Assembly (NCBI GenBank): GCA_964035545.1
Contig: CAXIUT010000173.1
Location: forward strand, 1 to 21,152
Length of the DNA stretch: 21,152 bases
Origin: Bugula neritina
Taxonomy: Eukaryota; Animalia; Bryozoa
Reading direction: 5' to 3'
In this document: positions 1 to 10,905 of the stretch, piece by piece
Layout of the letters: each line of letters starts with the position of its first letter
Position numbering within the stretch: position 1 is the first letter of the stretch
Notes under the pieces: model-generated
Told to the model about the DNA's origin: nothing
What the model saw: the letters and a program-made list of their open reading frames with translations, nothing else
The model's database searches: none
Program-made: the position numbers and the translations under genes

Positions 1-106
1 CCCAACCCCAACCCCAACCCAACCCCAACCCCAACCCCAACCCCAACCCCAACCCCAACCCCAACCCCAACCCCAACCCCAACCCCAACCCCAACCCCAA
101 CCCCAA
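1..106. repeat. Left telomere (CCCCAA)n
   Basis: Perfect C4A2 tandem repeats at the 5' end; Tetrahymena-type telomere repeat (established). Confidence 0.99.
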
Positions 107-330
107 TTTTAAAACCTTTAATTGTTCCTTTTTAATTGACATCTTTTAATAACTATTTTAAAAGAATGATATCAATCTTGTTATTCTTTTATTTTAACCA
201 ATTCTTGATTGTATTTCAAAATTCAACTTTCAAGAGATTTAATCTATTCATGATAAATATATTTTAAGCAATTATCTTTTTGATAAATAAAATAAAATTT
301 AATCAATATTAAATCTATATAAAATAAAAA

Positions 331-1034
331 TCAATTTTGTTTGATACTTTTAGAATCTATCCTGAATCTTGACCCATATTTAGTGATAAAGAAAGCTTAA
401 CTTAATCTCATATCATTGGCTCTGGTGACTCTTTCTTTTTCTTGTTCTATTTTTTTTAACATCTTTTTTTTATTTTCTTATATTTTATAGAAAGAGTTAA
501 GAGTTGATCTGATATTGGCTTGATCTTTTCCTGGTATATGTTGTTTAGTAAATATTTTTTTTCTTTATTATTTTTTTTTACTAATGAAGTAATTTCCTTT
601 AGGGTTTTTTTATAAAGAATGAGTATTGTTACTTTTACCTAAGCTATCTTGATCTTGGTGTTTACTGAAATTATTTTTGAAATAATTTTAGTTATCTATT
701 TCACATACTTCTGTTTTTATTTTAGCTCTTATATTTCTATTCTGATCTCCTTGGTTGAAAGTTGGAGTCTAAGCTAGTGATTAATTTTATGAGGCACAGG
801 ATTATTATTTTATTTGTCGAAGTGCCTTATTTGGTTTTACATCATCACATAAACGAAAATATTATTTAAGAGTTATACCTCGATAACTCACTTTCGGTGG
901 AGTTTATCTCTTCTTCTATCCCTTAGACTCCTTTGAATCTCTATTGATAGAGTTATTTATCTAGGGTAAACCATTCCACATCGGTAATATTATCTATTTT
1001 ATTTATAATTCATCCAACGAGTAGCATCTTTCAT
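331..1034 (-). CDS. Hypothetical hydrophilic K/E/N-rich protein (5' end uncertain, one apparent frameshift)
   Basis: With UAR=Glu, a TGA-free frame runs from ~960 to TGA at 331-333 (...TPPKVSYRGITLKEYFRLCDDVKP...SRFRIDSKSIKQN*). Candidate ATG at 1034 is in another frame. No domain recognised. Confidence 0.45.
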
Positions 1035-1129
1035 TAATAAAACCAAAAAACTTTATTTAAATTAAAACAATTTAATATACCGAATAATATATGACTATCT
1101 ACAATGTTGGCATAATTAAGCATTAACGA

Positions 1130-3247
1130 TCAGAGATACTTTTTGCTATCGATTCCGTTAATAGGATTGAGTTTTTGTAGTTTAGCATTTTTCTTTTATG
1201 CCACCATATCGAATGTCATCTATTGTCTTCCCTTATCCTTCTGATCATATTTTAAAGGCGTTAGTTGGGCTCTATTCACTATTGTCATTGATTTCATTGA
1301 AGGAGGATGTTGATTCTTACCTATTGGCGAGTCTCCTTATCTCGCGTTCTTTAGGATATGGTTCACTCGCATGCCTTAGTTACTTGCTCTTTCCATCTAT
1401 TTTGAAGAAGTTGCCTTGAATATCACCTATTTTTTCTATTTCTACTGTTATGCAGATTATCGACGATTTCCACTGTTTGCTAACTTAGGCAGTCCCATAT
1501 TCTTTTATTTATAGCTGAAATAAGGTACATACCATTAGTTTTTTTCTTAACTCCATTCTGAATTCATGACTATGTAGTCAAGTTGTTCTTGGTTCATGAG
1601 GATATTGACAATAGCTGAAAACTTTTTGATTATTTTTATTGTTATCTGATGGTATCAAGTAGTTATTCTTTTTAATCTTAGTGTTAATTTTGAATATCTT
1701 TGAGATCTTCAAGGGTGGCCACATATTTATTTTTGACTTATTTGAATCGATATTTCATTTACTATACTTCTTCATTTAATGATTTATAATTCTTTTAGAT
1801 ATTGAGTAATTAAGCTTATCTTCTTTCTTTTTATTTTTTATATTACTATTCTTTCTTTTTTTGTGATTTTAACTTATCTTTTAACTTTTTTATTCTCTAC
1901 ATCTATGATTTATCTTCACTTCCTGGAGCATTATTAGGTGAAAATACTTTTTGTAAACTTTATAATTTCTATGCTAGTAATCTCTTCTCTTATTGTTAAT
2001 TTTTTAGTTAATTTTATTTATTTCTTAATTATTATTAAAGTTATGTATTATTTTATTTATTTTAACCATCTCTATAAACTATTCTTTCTTGAATAATAGT
2101 CGTTCCTGCATTGTTCTCTATTCCATTAGCTGCAAAAGCTGCAGGACTTACTGGTACTTTTCCTTAAAGCATCATTTTTAATTTATTTATCTATTATTGA
2201 TATTATCTCAATAAAGCATCTTTGGATCTTAGTTTATTTTAGCTTATTTTTTATATTTTTAGCTCGATTCGCATATCTTAAAGTACTTAATGTTTATTCA
2301 TAGTTGTAATTTGCTGGAGAAATAGCAGCTATCATTATTGTTTTAGTATTACCTCCCAGTGAATCTTGAAGCAATCTTGTTAGTTTTGAATCACGATAAG
2401 GAATATGATGAGTTTTACCATCAACTAATGCTGATATAACGTTACCCAAAGCACTTAAAGATAAATTGATTTTAGTAGCTTATTCATGCCATCACCAGTA
2501 GCACCTGTTTGCTTGATCTTTCTGATCCAGCCAAATCGACAAGATTAAGTTTTGAAGCTTTATATTTTTAATTTCCTTATTGATCTGTTTCCTGGGTGTC
2601 ATAGTAGATGGTGAAGATACTATGAGATCGAGATGATTATGCGTTCATGTTGGTAGCTCTGGTAGCTCTGTTTTTGAATCCAACTTCCATATAATGTTCC
2701 ATTTTGGATATTGAATCAACTTCTATTTGCAATACATCTTTTATGAAGACTCCTTTATCTGGACTCTACTTTAGCTACATTTTAGCTTTGGCATCTTTAC
2801 CTAGAAGGTCATGAATTTCTTCGTTATAGATTTAAATAAAACTGCAACGAACGAGGTGAGTAATCGATGGATCGTTTTTGGTGATTGTTATAATTTGACT
2901 GAATGTCCTTGGAATGATTCCTTTTGATTCTTAACTTTAGTTGCTGCCCATCATGGTATGCGTTTTACCGCAACCGGTTTGTCCATAGGCAAAGATGGTT
3001 CCATTGTATCCTTCAAGTACATTATCTACAAGTGAGAAGGCACTTTGTTCATAGATATAGTTTTGAGCAGTATCAGGAGCAAATACTCCATCAAAAGTAA
3101 AGCTTTTGGGTTGTTCTTTTGATGACTATTTGACTAGATTAACTTGATGGTTGGCTGCGTCAATGTTGATAACGCTTTGACAGCCTCTTTCTATTTATTT
3201 TTATTCATGGGTCGGCATCTGACCATAACTCTTACGCATTAGGCCAT
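1130..3247 (-). CDS. Kinesin-2 family motor (KIF3/KIF17/OSM-3-like anterograde IFT kinesin); several apparent single-base deletions
   Basis: [16 protein letters not shown]-loop [25 protein letters not shown], switch [12 protein letters not shown], switch [34 protein letters not shown], kinesin-2 neck KINEDPKDALLREYQEEI, tail EKEELLDTIREQE...SEWSEEKNEWYVP. TGA at 1130-1132 (C-terminal frame less certain). Confidence 0.93.
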
Positions 3248-3353
3248 TTGTATTATTATTCACTAATAAAATATGTTTCTTGATTTTAAAATTATCACAT
3301 TAATATCATATCATATTCAAAAAAGTATAACCTCCATCAACGCATGCTCTGCT

Positions 3354-4776
3354 TCAACCATTTATGCTCAAATATCTATCATTAAATAATATCTACCTTT
3401 GATTTCCATCCTAAACCACCCCTCTTCTCTGAGGATCGATCTGTAAAATCTAACTCAAAAAACTTTTTAATTCTTGTGATCTGGGATATTAAGGAAATAT
3501 GAGTTTTAGATTTTTGTTGTGGATTATTCGTTATGCGAGGTGCTAGATGGGAAAAGGAGGAATGAAGAAAGCGCTTTCATATAAAAGAAGTCCTATTTCC
3601 AGAATTGATGAGCTAGGCATCGAATTTAGTTGATAAATCTGGATCTAACTCTATGGAGCGAGATAGGCTATATTGATTTTGGTTTGATTGATACATAGAG
3701 CCGAAGAGATGACGATTCTATCTTTGATGAGTATGTGTTTAGGTCTAAGAGAGTACAAAATGGTGTTTTATCTGTCAGTGAGTGCCATGAGTTTATAGAA
3801 GATGCTAACAAGATCGATTTATTTGATAATATGTTACTATTCTAGAGTTCTTATAGACTTTTTTGATCTGAAGAGTAAGGTGATATAATAAGAAACTATT
3901 ATTTATTTTAGATGCATATAAAATTTATTATTTGTTACTGGTCAATCTGAATTATTCTAAAATTTTCTTATTATTTTATTTGTCTCTTCTGTTATTTTCT
4001 TTACCTTTCTGATAATGATCATTTATTTATTTTATTTATGGTGCAAAGAGTGTTCTCTTAATCGATTTATTCTGCATAATAGTCTGATTAATCAAAAAAG
4101 AAACCATAAGCGCCACTGATGTAGAGTAGTTTGCTATTGGAGAAGGTGCACTAATAGATACTTTGACTGATATCATTGAGGAAGGTTTTGTAGTTAACTT
4201 AAAATTTACTAAAACTTTTTTTACCAGCGCTAGATGTATTTTATTTTTATTTTTATCTGAATGAAATCTACTGAACAAGCAGGTTATAAAATTTCTTTTA
4301 TGATCTTATTCTAGTCTTCCTAAACTTTTTTATCTATCGATGATGATATTGAATGCTTAGTTATGATATTTTTATCTATTTTTTAAAAAGTTGGTCATGA
4401 TTTAGCATTTTTATCTGACATAAAATAAAGATCTTATTCTTACGAATGTAAAATTATTTATTTAGATTGTGCTGATATAGTTGCCATCTGTATATTTCTA
4501 ATATGTATTTGCTTTTAATAGAATGATGATGGAGAAGATAAAAATATTAATTTGTTATCGCGAGTAGGTTATCTATTAAGGATCCTGAGGTAGTTATGGA
4601 GGTTATTGGGATTATCTATAGTAATATTTACTAGATAGTCATCTTTTGCTAATTATTTCGATTTGTCTTTAACTCATTTTGGTTTATATTTAATAATCAT
4701 ACTATCCTATAATATAAAAAAATCATTCATAAGGTATTTGGTGTTAATACTACATCTTTTTGTTTATTGCTTACAT
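3354..4776 (-). CDS. Degenerate protein-kinase-like protein (probable pseudokinase); 5' boundary uncertain
   Basis: C-terminal frame reads ILYSLRPKHILIKD (catalytic-loop position, no HRD), AYLAPE, LEIGLLLYESAFFIPPFP, LKSFLSEILQIDPQRR, then TGA at 3354-3356. The upstream part needs frameshifts or introns I could not resolve. Confidence 0.5.
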
Positions 4777-4899
4777 CCTTTTTTTAATAATATTTTACCC
4801 TTTAGGGTTTTTATATTTTTAATGGATGATTTGGTGATGATTTGTAATTGATGATATAATTGATTTAAGCTATAGATTGTGTGCTTGATAATATTTAAA

Positions 4900-6207
4900 A
4901 TGAAACTAAAGAAGATATTGATTCGATACTATCCTCCTGGAATAACACTTGAGTACATGAGAAGCAATGGCTAAGTAGAATCTAAATGCATTGATTTACT
5001 CAATCTATCAAAAGATACCAACATTGATGATCTCATTACATAAATAATGATGTAGTAACCTTTGATCACTGAATCAAAACGTCCACAAATAAAAGCTATC
5101 ATCAAAAGTATTCATCTATTTATGAAGAATTGGTTAAAAAAATAGAATAAAAACGATAGCAATAATTTGTTTTAGTTAAAAAACTTAAAGGACATGTTTT
5201 GCCTTTAACTAACTGTTGCTTTAACAAAAATGGAGATAAATTTATAACTGGTAGTTATGATAGAACTTGTAAAATATGGGATACCAACACTGGAACTCTT
5301 ATCATTCTTTAGAAGGACATAAAAATGCTGTCTATTGTATGGCTTTCAATGTCCCATATGGAACCAGAGTAGCCACTGGATCTTTTGATTAAACTGCTAA
5401 GTTATGGGACACTGTAACTGGTAAACCAATATCGACATATGCTGGGCATCAAGGTTAAGTTGTTGCTATTTCTTTGATCCTAATGATTGATGGTGGCTAC
5501 TGGATCGATGGATTGTTCAGCTAAGTTATGGGACGTGTAAATGGGTAAAATCCATTCAACACTTAAAGGTCATGATGGATAGTTGGTATCTTTGAATTTT
5601 AATTCTGATGAGATTTGATTCTAACTGGTTCATTTGACAAAACAGCCATGATATGGGATGCTCGTATTGGCGATCCTGTGCATCAGCTAGTTGGGCATGA
5701 AAAGGAAATATCTAGTACTCAATTTTAGTTTACTGGAGAATATTGTGCTACTGCTTCTATTGATGGAACTTGTCGTTTATGGGATGTAAGAATGGGGAAG
5801 TGTTTGAAGGTTTTTAGTGGACATGAAGATTAAGTGCTTGATTTGGCTTTTAACAACACTGGAACGAGGTTGGCTACTGCTAGTGCTGATTCGATATGCA
5901 GAGTGTATAGTGTAGCTTAGGCTGAATGTCTGTTGACTTTATAGGGTATGTATTTGATGATATAGGTCATGAAAAAGATATATCTAAAGTGGTATTTAAT
6001 CCTCAAGGGACAAAGATACTGACTGCAGGCTTTGATCAGATTGCTCGTTTGTGGGATAGTTAGACTGGAGAGTTGTTGCAGCAGTTGTAGGGACATTCTG
6101 ATGAGATCTTTTCTTGTTCGTTTAACTATGAAGGAGATACTATTATTACTGGTTCAAAAGATAATACTTGTGGCATTTGGAGGGACAAAAATACATATGA
6201 TATGTGA
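4900..6207 (+). CDS. DAW1: Dynein assembly factor with WD repeats 1 (ODA16/WDR69), outer-dynein-arm IFT adaptor; 2 introns, ~4 apparent frameshifts
   Basis: Diagnostic N-terminus [19 protein letters not shown]...KCIDLLNL, then [31 protein letters not shown] and further GH...WD repeats, ending [31 protein letters not shown]; TGA 6205-6207. Confidence 0.95.
5108..5127 (+). other. 20-nt spliceosomal intron (DAW1 intron 1)
   Basis: GTATTCATCTATTTATGAAG; removal restores ...AIIK-KLVKKI... and removes an in-frame TGA. Confidence 0.85.
5946..5965 (+). other. 20-nt spliceosomal intron (DAW1 intron 2)
   Basis: GTATGTATTTGATGATATAG; removal restores the WD40 motif [13 protein letters not shown]. Confidence 0.92.
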
Positions 6208-6384
6208 TTCGTTAAGTTATTCTAGTCATAAAATAACATCGTCAAGACTTAATTTATCTATCATTTGAAAAGAATAAAAAATATCAACAGTTTATTTAAG
6301 GTTTTATTATTATTGATTGTTAAAGAATATATTATGATCTTTTTTTAAATAGGATTGACTTTATTTGAGTTTATAATTTAAAAA

Positions 6385-6739
6385 ATGGACTCATCAATGA
6401 AGAAGGCCTTTGCGGTCAAGGTAAGATCTTTGACTAGAACTCTAAAAGAATACAAAAGCTATAAGACTGAAGTAAATGCCTACGACATCAATGTTGTTTC
6501 TCAGGATAAGAAACAACAAGAGTTTTATCAAGAGAGTAAGTCAGCACTTGAAATGGTATAAAAGAAGTTGATTGATTACTACCAGCAGTTGAAGACTTAT
6601 ATTGTATTTGATATTAGTATTTTAGATTGAGAATCAAGAAGAAATAGAGGGAGATGAGTAAGTATCTGTTAAATCTGATTTATAGGCTGCAAATGCTAGT
6701 ATTCAGGAGGTGCAAAATTTACTTCCTTCAGCTGCTTGA
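6385..6739 (+). CDS. TBCA: Tubulin-binding cofactor A-like protein (~110 aa, one intron)
   Basis: MDSSMKKAFAVKVRSLTRTLKEYKSYKTE...DKKQQEFYQESKSALEMVEKKL...; size and the K.....R..KE...Y..E and KKQ.E..QES patterns match TBCA/Rbl2; TGA 6737-6739. Confidence 0.72.
6604..6625 (+). other. 22-nt intron in TBCA-like gene
   Basis: GTATTTGATATTAGTATTTTAG; the unspliced frame hits TGA at once, the spliced frame gives an acidic helical C-terminus. Confidence 0.75.
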
Positions 6740-6804
6740 ATGATAGAATTCAATAATCTCTTATTATCACTTTTAGAAAATATTTATCATCCAATATATT
6801 TTAT

Positions 6805-8691
6805 ATGCCTGAAAACTATTTAACAAAAAACAATAAACAACTACAGCCATCTTCATCTACTGGAGATAATAAACTTCCTAGATCTGGAAAGACATCCTAG
6901 GGATCGAGAAATATGAAGACTCCTTCTTCTGTCTTTAAGCAATTGAGTCCAAAAGGAGATAGGAGTGTTCAAATAGTATTTCCTGATGAGGTGGTTGAAG
7001 TAGAAAGCGATCATGGTTTTAAGTAGAGTAAAGGATCTGATGGTTTGAATAGAAAAAATTCTTAGATATTGATTGAAGATGTCTTTAGTGTTGAGGGATA
7101 GCCTTTGCAGGACACTATTAAGAATACTGGATCATTTCATTATTCTAATCATTAGCTGCAAATAACAGCTGTTTTTAGTTAGTTATCTGATCTAAAATAC
7201 CTTAAAAAAGAGTTAGTATCAATGATAGTTAAAGAACAAAAGATGTTTTCTGAGTTGAAAAATAGCTTTATTAAACAAATTGGTTCTCAAATATAGATAT
7301 ATCGAACTAAAATATAATAAAAGCAGTAGATAAAAACCTAAAAAATGAGAAGTAGCATATTATCGATATAAAATGATCTTAGAAATAAAATATAATAAAT
7401 TAGCAGCTGATCCAATAAATACATTCTCTTAGATAGTTCAAAAATAACTAAAACTACTCTCATAATTCATCTAATATAGTGGGCTAATGTCCTAATTGCA
7501 AGCTATTATAGATCAAGTTGACTTCACTACATGATGATGCCAAGGAATCAGGACTGAAGTTATCGAAATCTATGTTTGAAAATTAAAAATTACAAGAGAA
7601 GATATTCGATTTATAGCAGGAGGTAGTTGGATTGAACTCTAGGTGTAAAGAGGTTGAAGAAAGCGATCACATAGTTGCCTGAAATATCAAATATACCTAA
7701 ATCAAATATACCTAAATCAAATAGTTAGGTAGTTTAAAATTTAATGAAAAATAACGATATGTTATAGACTAGATGCAAACATTACTAGGAACTTTATCAA
7801 ACTGAAGAATATCTCAATCAAAAAGAATATTAGTTGAGTAATGCTGTTCGATAGTATTAGATTAAAAATTAATCTTTGTTGTTGGCTATTGCTAGGGCAG
7901 AATAAACTAATGATCGTAATTATTAGAAATAGCATCAGTTGTTGGTGCTGAGTAGGATCTTTATAAAAAGATCTAAGAAATTAGACAAAAATAAATATAG
8001 CTTAGCTAATGGGAATCTTCTCTAACTTAAAAAAGTAAAAGAGTTATAGGAAATTCAACGCCTGCTTTTCAACCACCTTCATCCTAAAGGTTTAATAGAG
8101 ATAATAGAGATCAATAGATAAAATCAGGCAATGCATCGAAGTAGATACCAATATCTTATCATGCGCAGGAATAATATTATTCTGACTACCGGATAGCCCT
8201 TCCTCAGAGAATCGTTAGAGCGATTATAATCATCAACATAAGCAAGAAGTGGTAATACCAAAATTGCCTCTATCTGGTGAAAATAATTCTAAATATGCTC
8301 CTAGAGGATCTAACCGTTAAAATTCAAAAGACAACAGATATCTTCATTATATTTAGCTCTCAGAGCAAAAGAAACATGATTTTGTAAGCATAATAAAGGC
8401 AATTACAATGGAATCAATCCTTCTAGATCGATTAAAAATTTATCTGATGCTTATAGAAGTGACAAGATGAGTGTATATAATAGTAGAACCAAACAAGATA
8501 GTAGAGCCAAGTATGAAGTCGGAAGGGGGTATAGGGAGAGAAGTAGTTCACCTAAACATTTTAGGAATAGTCGGACTTCTCATTCTAGAGGTCATGGGGT
8601 GTCGAATGGTGGTTATAATGTTGTGGAAGGTAAGCTAGATAGGTTGAGAGATTAGTTGAAAAGATAGATTGAGCATATTAAAGATCTTTGA
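6805..8691 (+). CDS. Hypothetical coiled-coil / low-complexity protein (~620 aa, apparent frameshifts)
   Basis: Frame open from ATG 6805 (MPENYLTKNNKQLQPSS...) for ~200 codons, E/K/L-rich heptad-like middle, S/R-rich tail ending GKLDRLRDELKREIEHIKDL-TGA (8689-8691). Could be more than one gene. Confidence 0.6.
7686..7723 (+). repeat. 15-nt tandem repeat (ATCAAATATACCTAA x2.5) inside CDS
   Basis: Units at 7686-7700 and 7701-7715, partial at 7716-7723; encodes SNIPK-SNIPK-SN in frame. Confidence 0.9.
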
Positions 8692-8886
8692 TATTTTATT
8701 TATTTATTTTAGAAGAATAATTAGTTTAAAGATGATGATTAGATGGCTAAATATTGAATTATTACTTTTAAAAAGAGGTATTTTGATCTTATTCTTTCAT
8801 AGCTATATGATTTGAATAGATTTAGATAATTGAGATAAATAATATTTGTTGACTTTGTGATTGATGATATATTTTATACAATACAA

Positions 8887-9720
8887 ATGTTGACCCAACT
8901 ATTCAAGAAAGTATCTTCGCATTCATATCTCTATACATTTGCTACGACTAGAGATTCAGTCAATTATTATGGAAGATTATAACTTCAAAGCGGAGCGACA
9001 GAATAATCCATTAGAAATGCATATTCAGAAACTAACCAAAGGTCTTATTCCTGAAATAGATGTGCAAAAATTTAAAGAACTTAATTAAGCTTTTGTTATT
9101 TTAACTGATAGCAAAACCAGAGACGCCTATGATTCTTTACTAAGTGTCAGAAAAAAATACTATCTTAGTCCTGAAGAATAAAAATCAGTTGCTACTAGAT
9201 CGTATCTTTCGACAAGAAAAGCTGATAAGTAAATATCAATTGATAAAGGTAAGCTGAAATGAGGAAGAAAATCAATATTGATGAATTTGGACGATATAAA
9301 GGAGGACTGCCTAGGAGAAATACTTAGAATAGAGGCAATTCTTTGGGAGTGACTGGATAAATGTATAGACAAGATGAGGTAGAGGAAGAGTTGGATACTC
9401 GTCCTGAATTCAATAATATTACTGCATAAAAGGCAGAATCTTTTAAGAATTTCCATCAGGATGAGAGAAAGGCAAGGACTATGAAATGGCCTTGGTTTTC
9501 ATTTTAGGTTGACTACGATTATTTTACATTCAGGACATTCAGAACTTACTATTGGCCAAAAATTCAATTTTAATTCTTTTCTTCTATATCATTCCAACTC
9601 TGTACTATGTGATTGATAACATGGAAAAGAAAAACGCCACTGAAGGTATTTATTTTAATATTAGCTCTTAAACAAAAAGCTATTGAGAAGGCAAAAAAGG
9701 CTGAATCTGAACAAGTCTGA
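8887..9720 (+). CDS. J-domain-like membrane protein lacking HPD, likely mitochondrial; candidate ortholog of the ciliate complex I accessory subunit NDUJ1
   Basis: Presequence-like MLTQLFKKVSSHSYLYTF, J-domain helices NYYGRLELQSGATEESIRNAY...LIPE...KFKELNEAFVILTDSKTRDAYD, later IDEFGRYKGGLPR, one hydrophobic helix SILILFFYIIPTLYYVI. Two introns, two apparent frameshifts; TGA 9718-9720. The NDUJ1 link is from memory of architecture only. Confidence 0.75.
9229..9248 (+). other. 20-nt intron
   Basis: GTAAATATCAATTGATAAAG; removes an in-frame TGA and joins RKADK-EAEMRKK. Confidence 0.85.
9646..9664 (+). other. 19-nt intron
   Basis: GTATTTATTTTAATATTAG; joins NATEA-LKQKAIEK. Could be 20 nt if a homopolymer base was lost. 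Confidence 0.7.
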
Positions 9721-9858
9721 TTGATCATAAATATCATAAATATCATGTTTTCAGAGTTATTATTATCATTTTTTGAAGAATTACTATTGAAAAAGTTATA
9801 AAGCCAAATGTTAATAAGTTAATATAAATTATCTAACAGACTTACTTCATTTAAAATA

Positions 9859-10744
9859 ATGGGTACATGTGAAACATGCTAAAGCGTATCGAATGTCTCA
9901 ACTATATCTCTTGTTCCTCAACAATAGACAACAACTCCTGCTTTTTCATTTTAAGAACTATCTAAAATATGTCCTGAAGCAGTTAAAGAAACATATCTAC
10001 GATTGGGATAGTTCACTTTTAACCAAACTTTTCCATATCCAACTCAGACTCCAACTCAACTATAAAATGGAGCTATCTACTACGGACAGTGGAAAGATGG
10101 CAAAAGAAATGGGCGAGGACGGCAGGTCTGGAAAGATGGAACTTTTTATTAAGGATATTGGGTGGACGATATGGCTTGTGGAGAAGGTCGTTTGATTCAG
10201 GCGGGTGGAGATGTATATGAAGGCGAATGGGTTGGTGATAAGGCTCAAGGAAAGGGAGTTTATTTTCATCAAGACGGGACTTCTTATTCTGGTGAGTGGC
10301 ATGATGATAACAACATGGATATGGCAACTAGAAGTGGCCGGATGGAGCTGAATATGATGGTAACTATTTTTAGGGAATGAAAGAAGGACATGGAACTTTC
10401 AAGTGGACTGATGGGAATGTCTATGAAGGCGAGTTCAAAGTAATAATATCTAAGGATATGGACGGTATTTATGGGCAGATGGAAGAGAATATGAAGGATT
10501 TTGGAGGAATAACAAGATGAATGGAAAAGGGACTTTTGTTTGGTCGGATGGTAGACAGTATGAGGGAGAGTATGTTAATGAGAAGAAAGAGGGATATGGG
10601 TAGTTTAGTTGGCCTGATGGACGATGGTACAAAGGCTAGTGGAAGGGAGGCAAGCAAGATGGCAGAGGTTTGTACTGCAACAAGTAGGGAGTAGAAAGGT
10701 AGGGCGTATGGTCGAATGGTAAGAAGATAAAATGGTTGAATTGA
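9859..10744 (+). CDS. MORN-repeat protein with N-terminal acylation motif; two apparent single-base deletions
   Basis: MGTCETC N-terminus (myristoylation/palmitoylation-like), about nine YxGxWxxxxxxGxG repeats ([44 protein letters not shown]...), ending [14 protein letters not shown] (10742-10744). Confidence 0.93.
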
Positions 10745-10828
10745 CTGATGAATTAATATCATTGTTTTTATTTTCATTATTTATGTTTAAGGTCGAGTAG
10801 ATCTTGGCTTATATCCATATACTATGCA

Positions 10829-10905
10829 GGGGTTGGGGTTGGGGTTGGGGTTGGGGTTGGGGTTGGGGTTGGGGTTGGGGTTGGGGTTGGGGTTGGGGTT
10901 GGGTT
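10829..10905. repeat. Internal telomeric tract (GGGGTT)12 + GGGTT
   Basis: Same orientation as a right-end telomere, 84 nt after the MORN stop; no CCCCAA tract follows it. Confidence 0.99.

Noticed and set aside
2651-2670. 9-nt tandem repeat (GGTAGCTCT x2) in kinesin
   Set aside because: Encodes [10 protein letters not shown], the normal length for the pre-switch-I segment; not an insertion.
1130-10744. Pseudogene status for kinesin-2, DAW1 and MORN
   Set aside because: Motifs are intact and the lesions are almost all single-base losses in homopolymers across unrelated genes, which is a sequencing-error pattern.
10829-10905. Telomere-bearing transposon end, or de novo telomere on the HSF-side break
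   Set aside because: No transposase or inverted terminal partner is present, and the orientation is wrong for capping the right-hand molecule.
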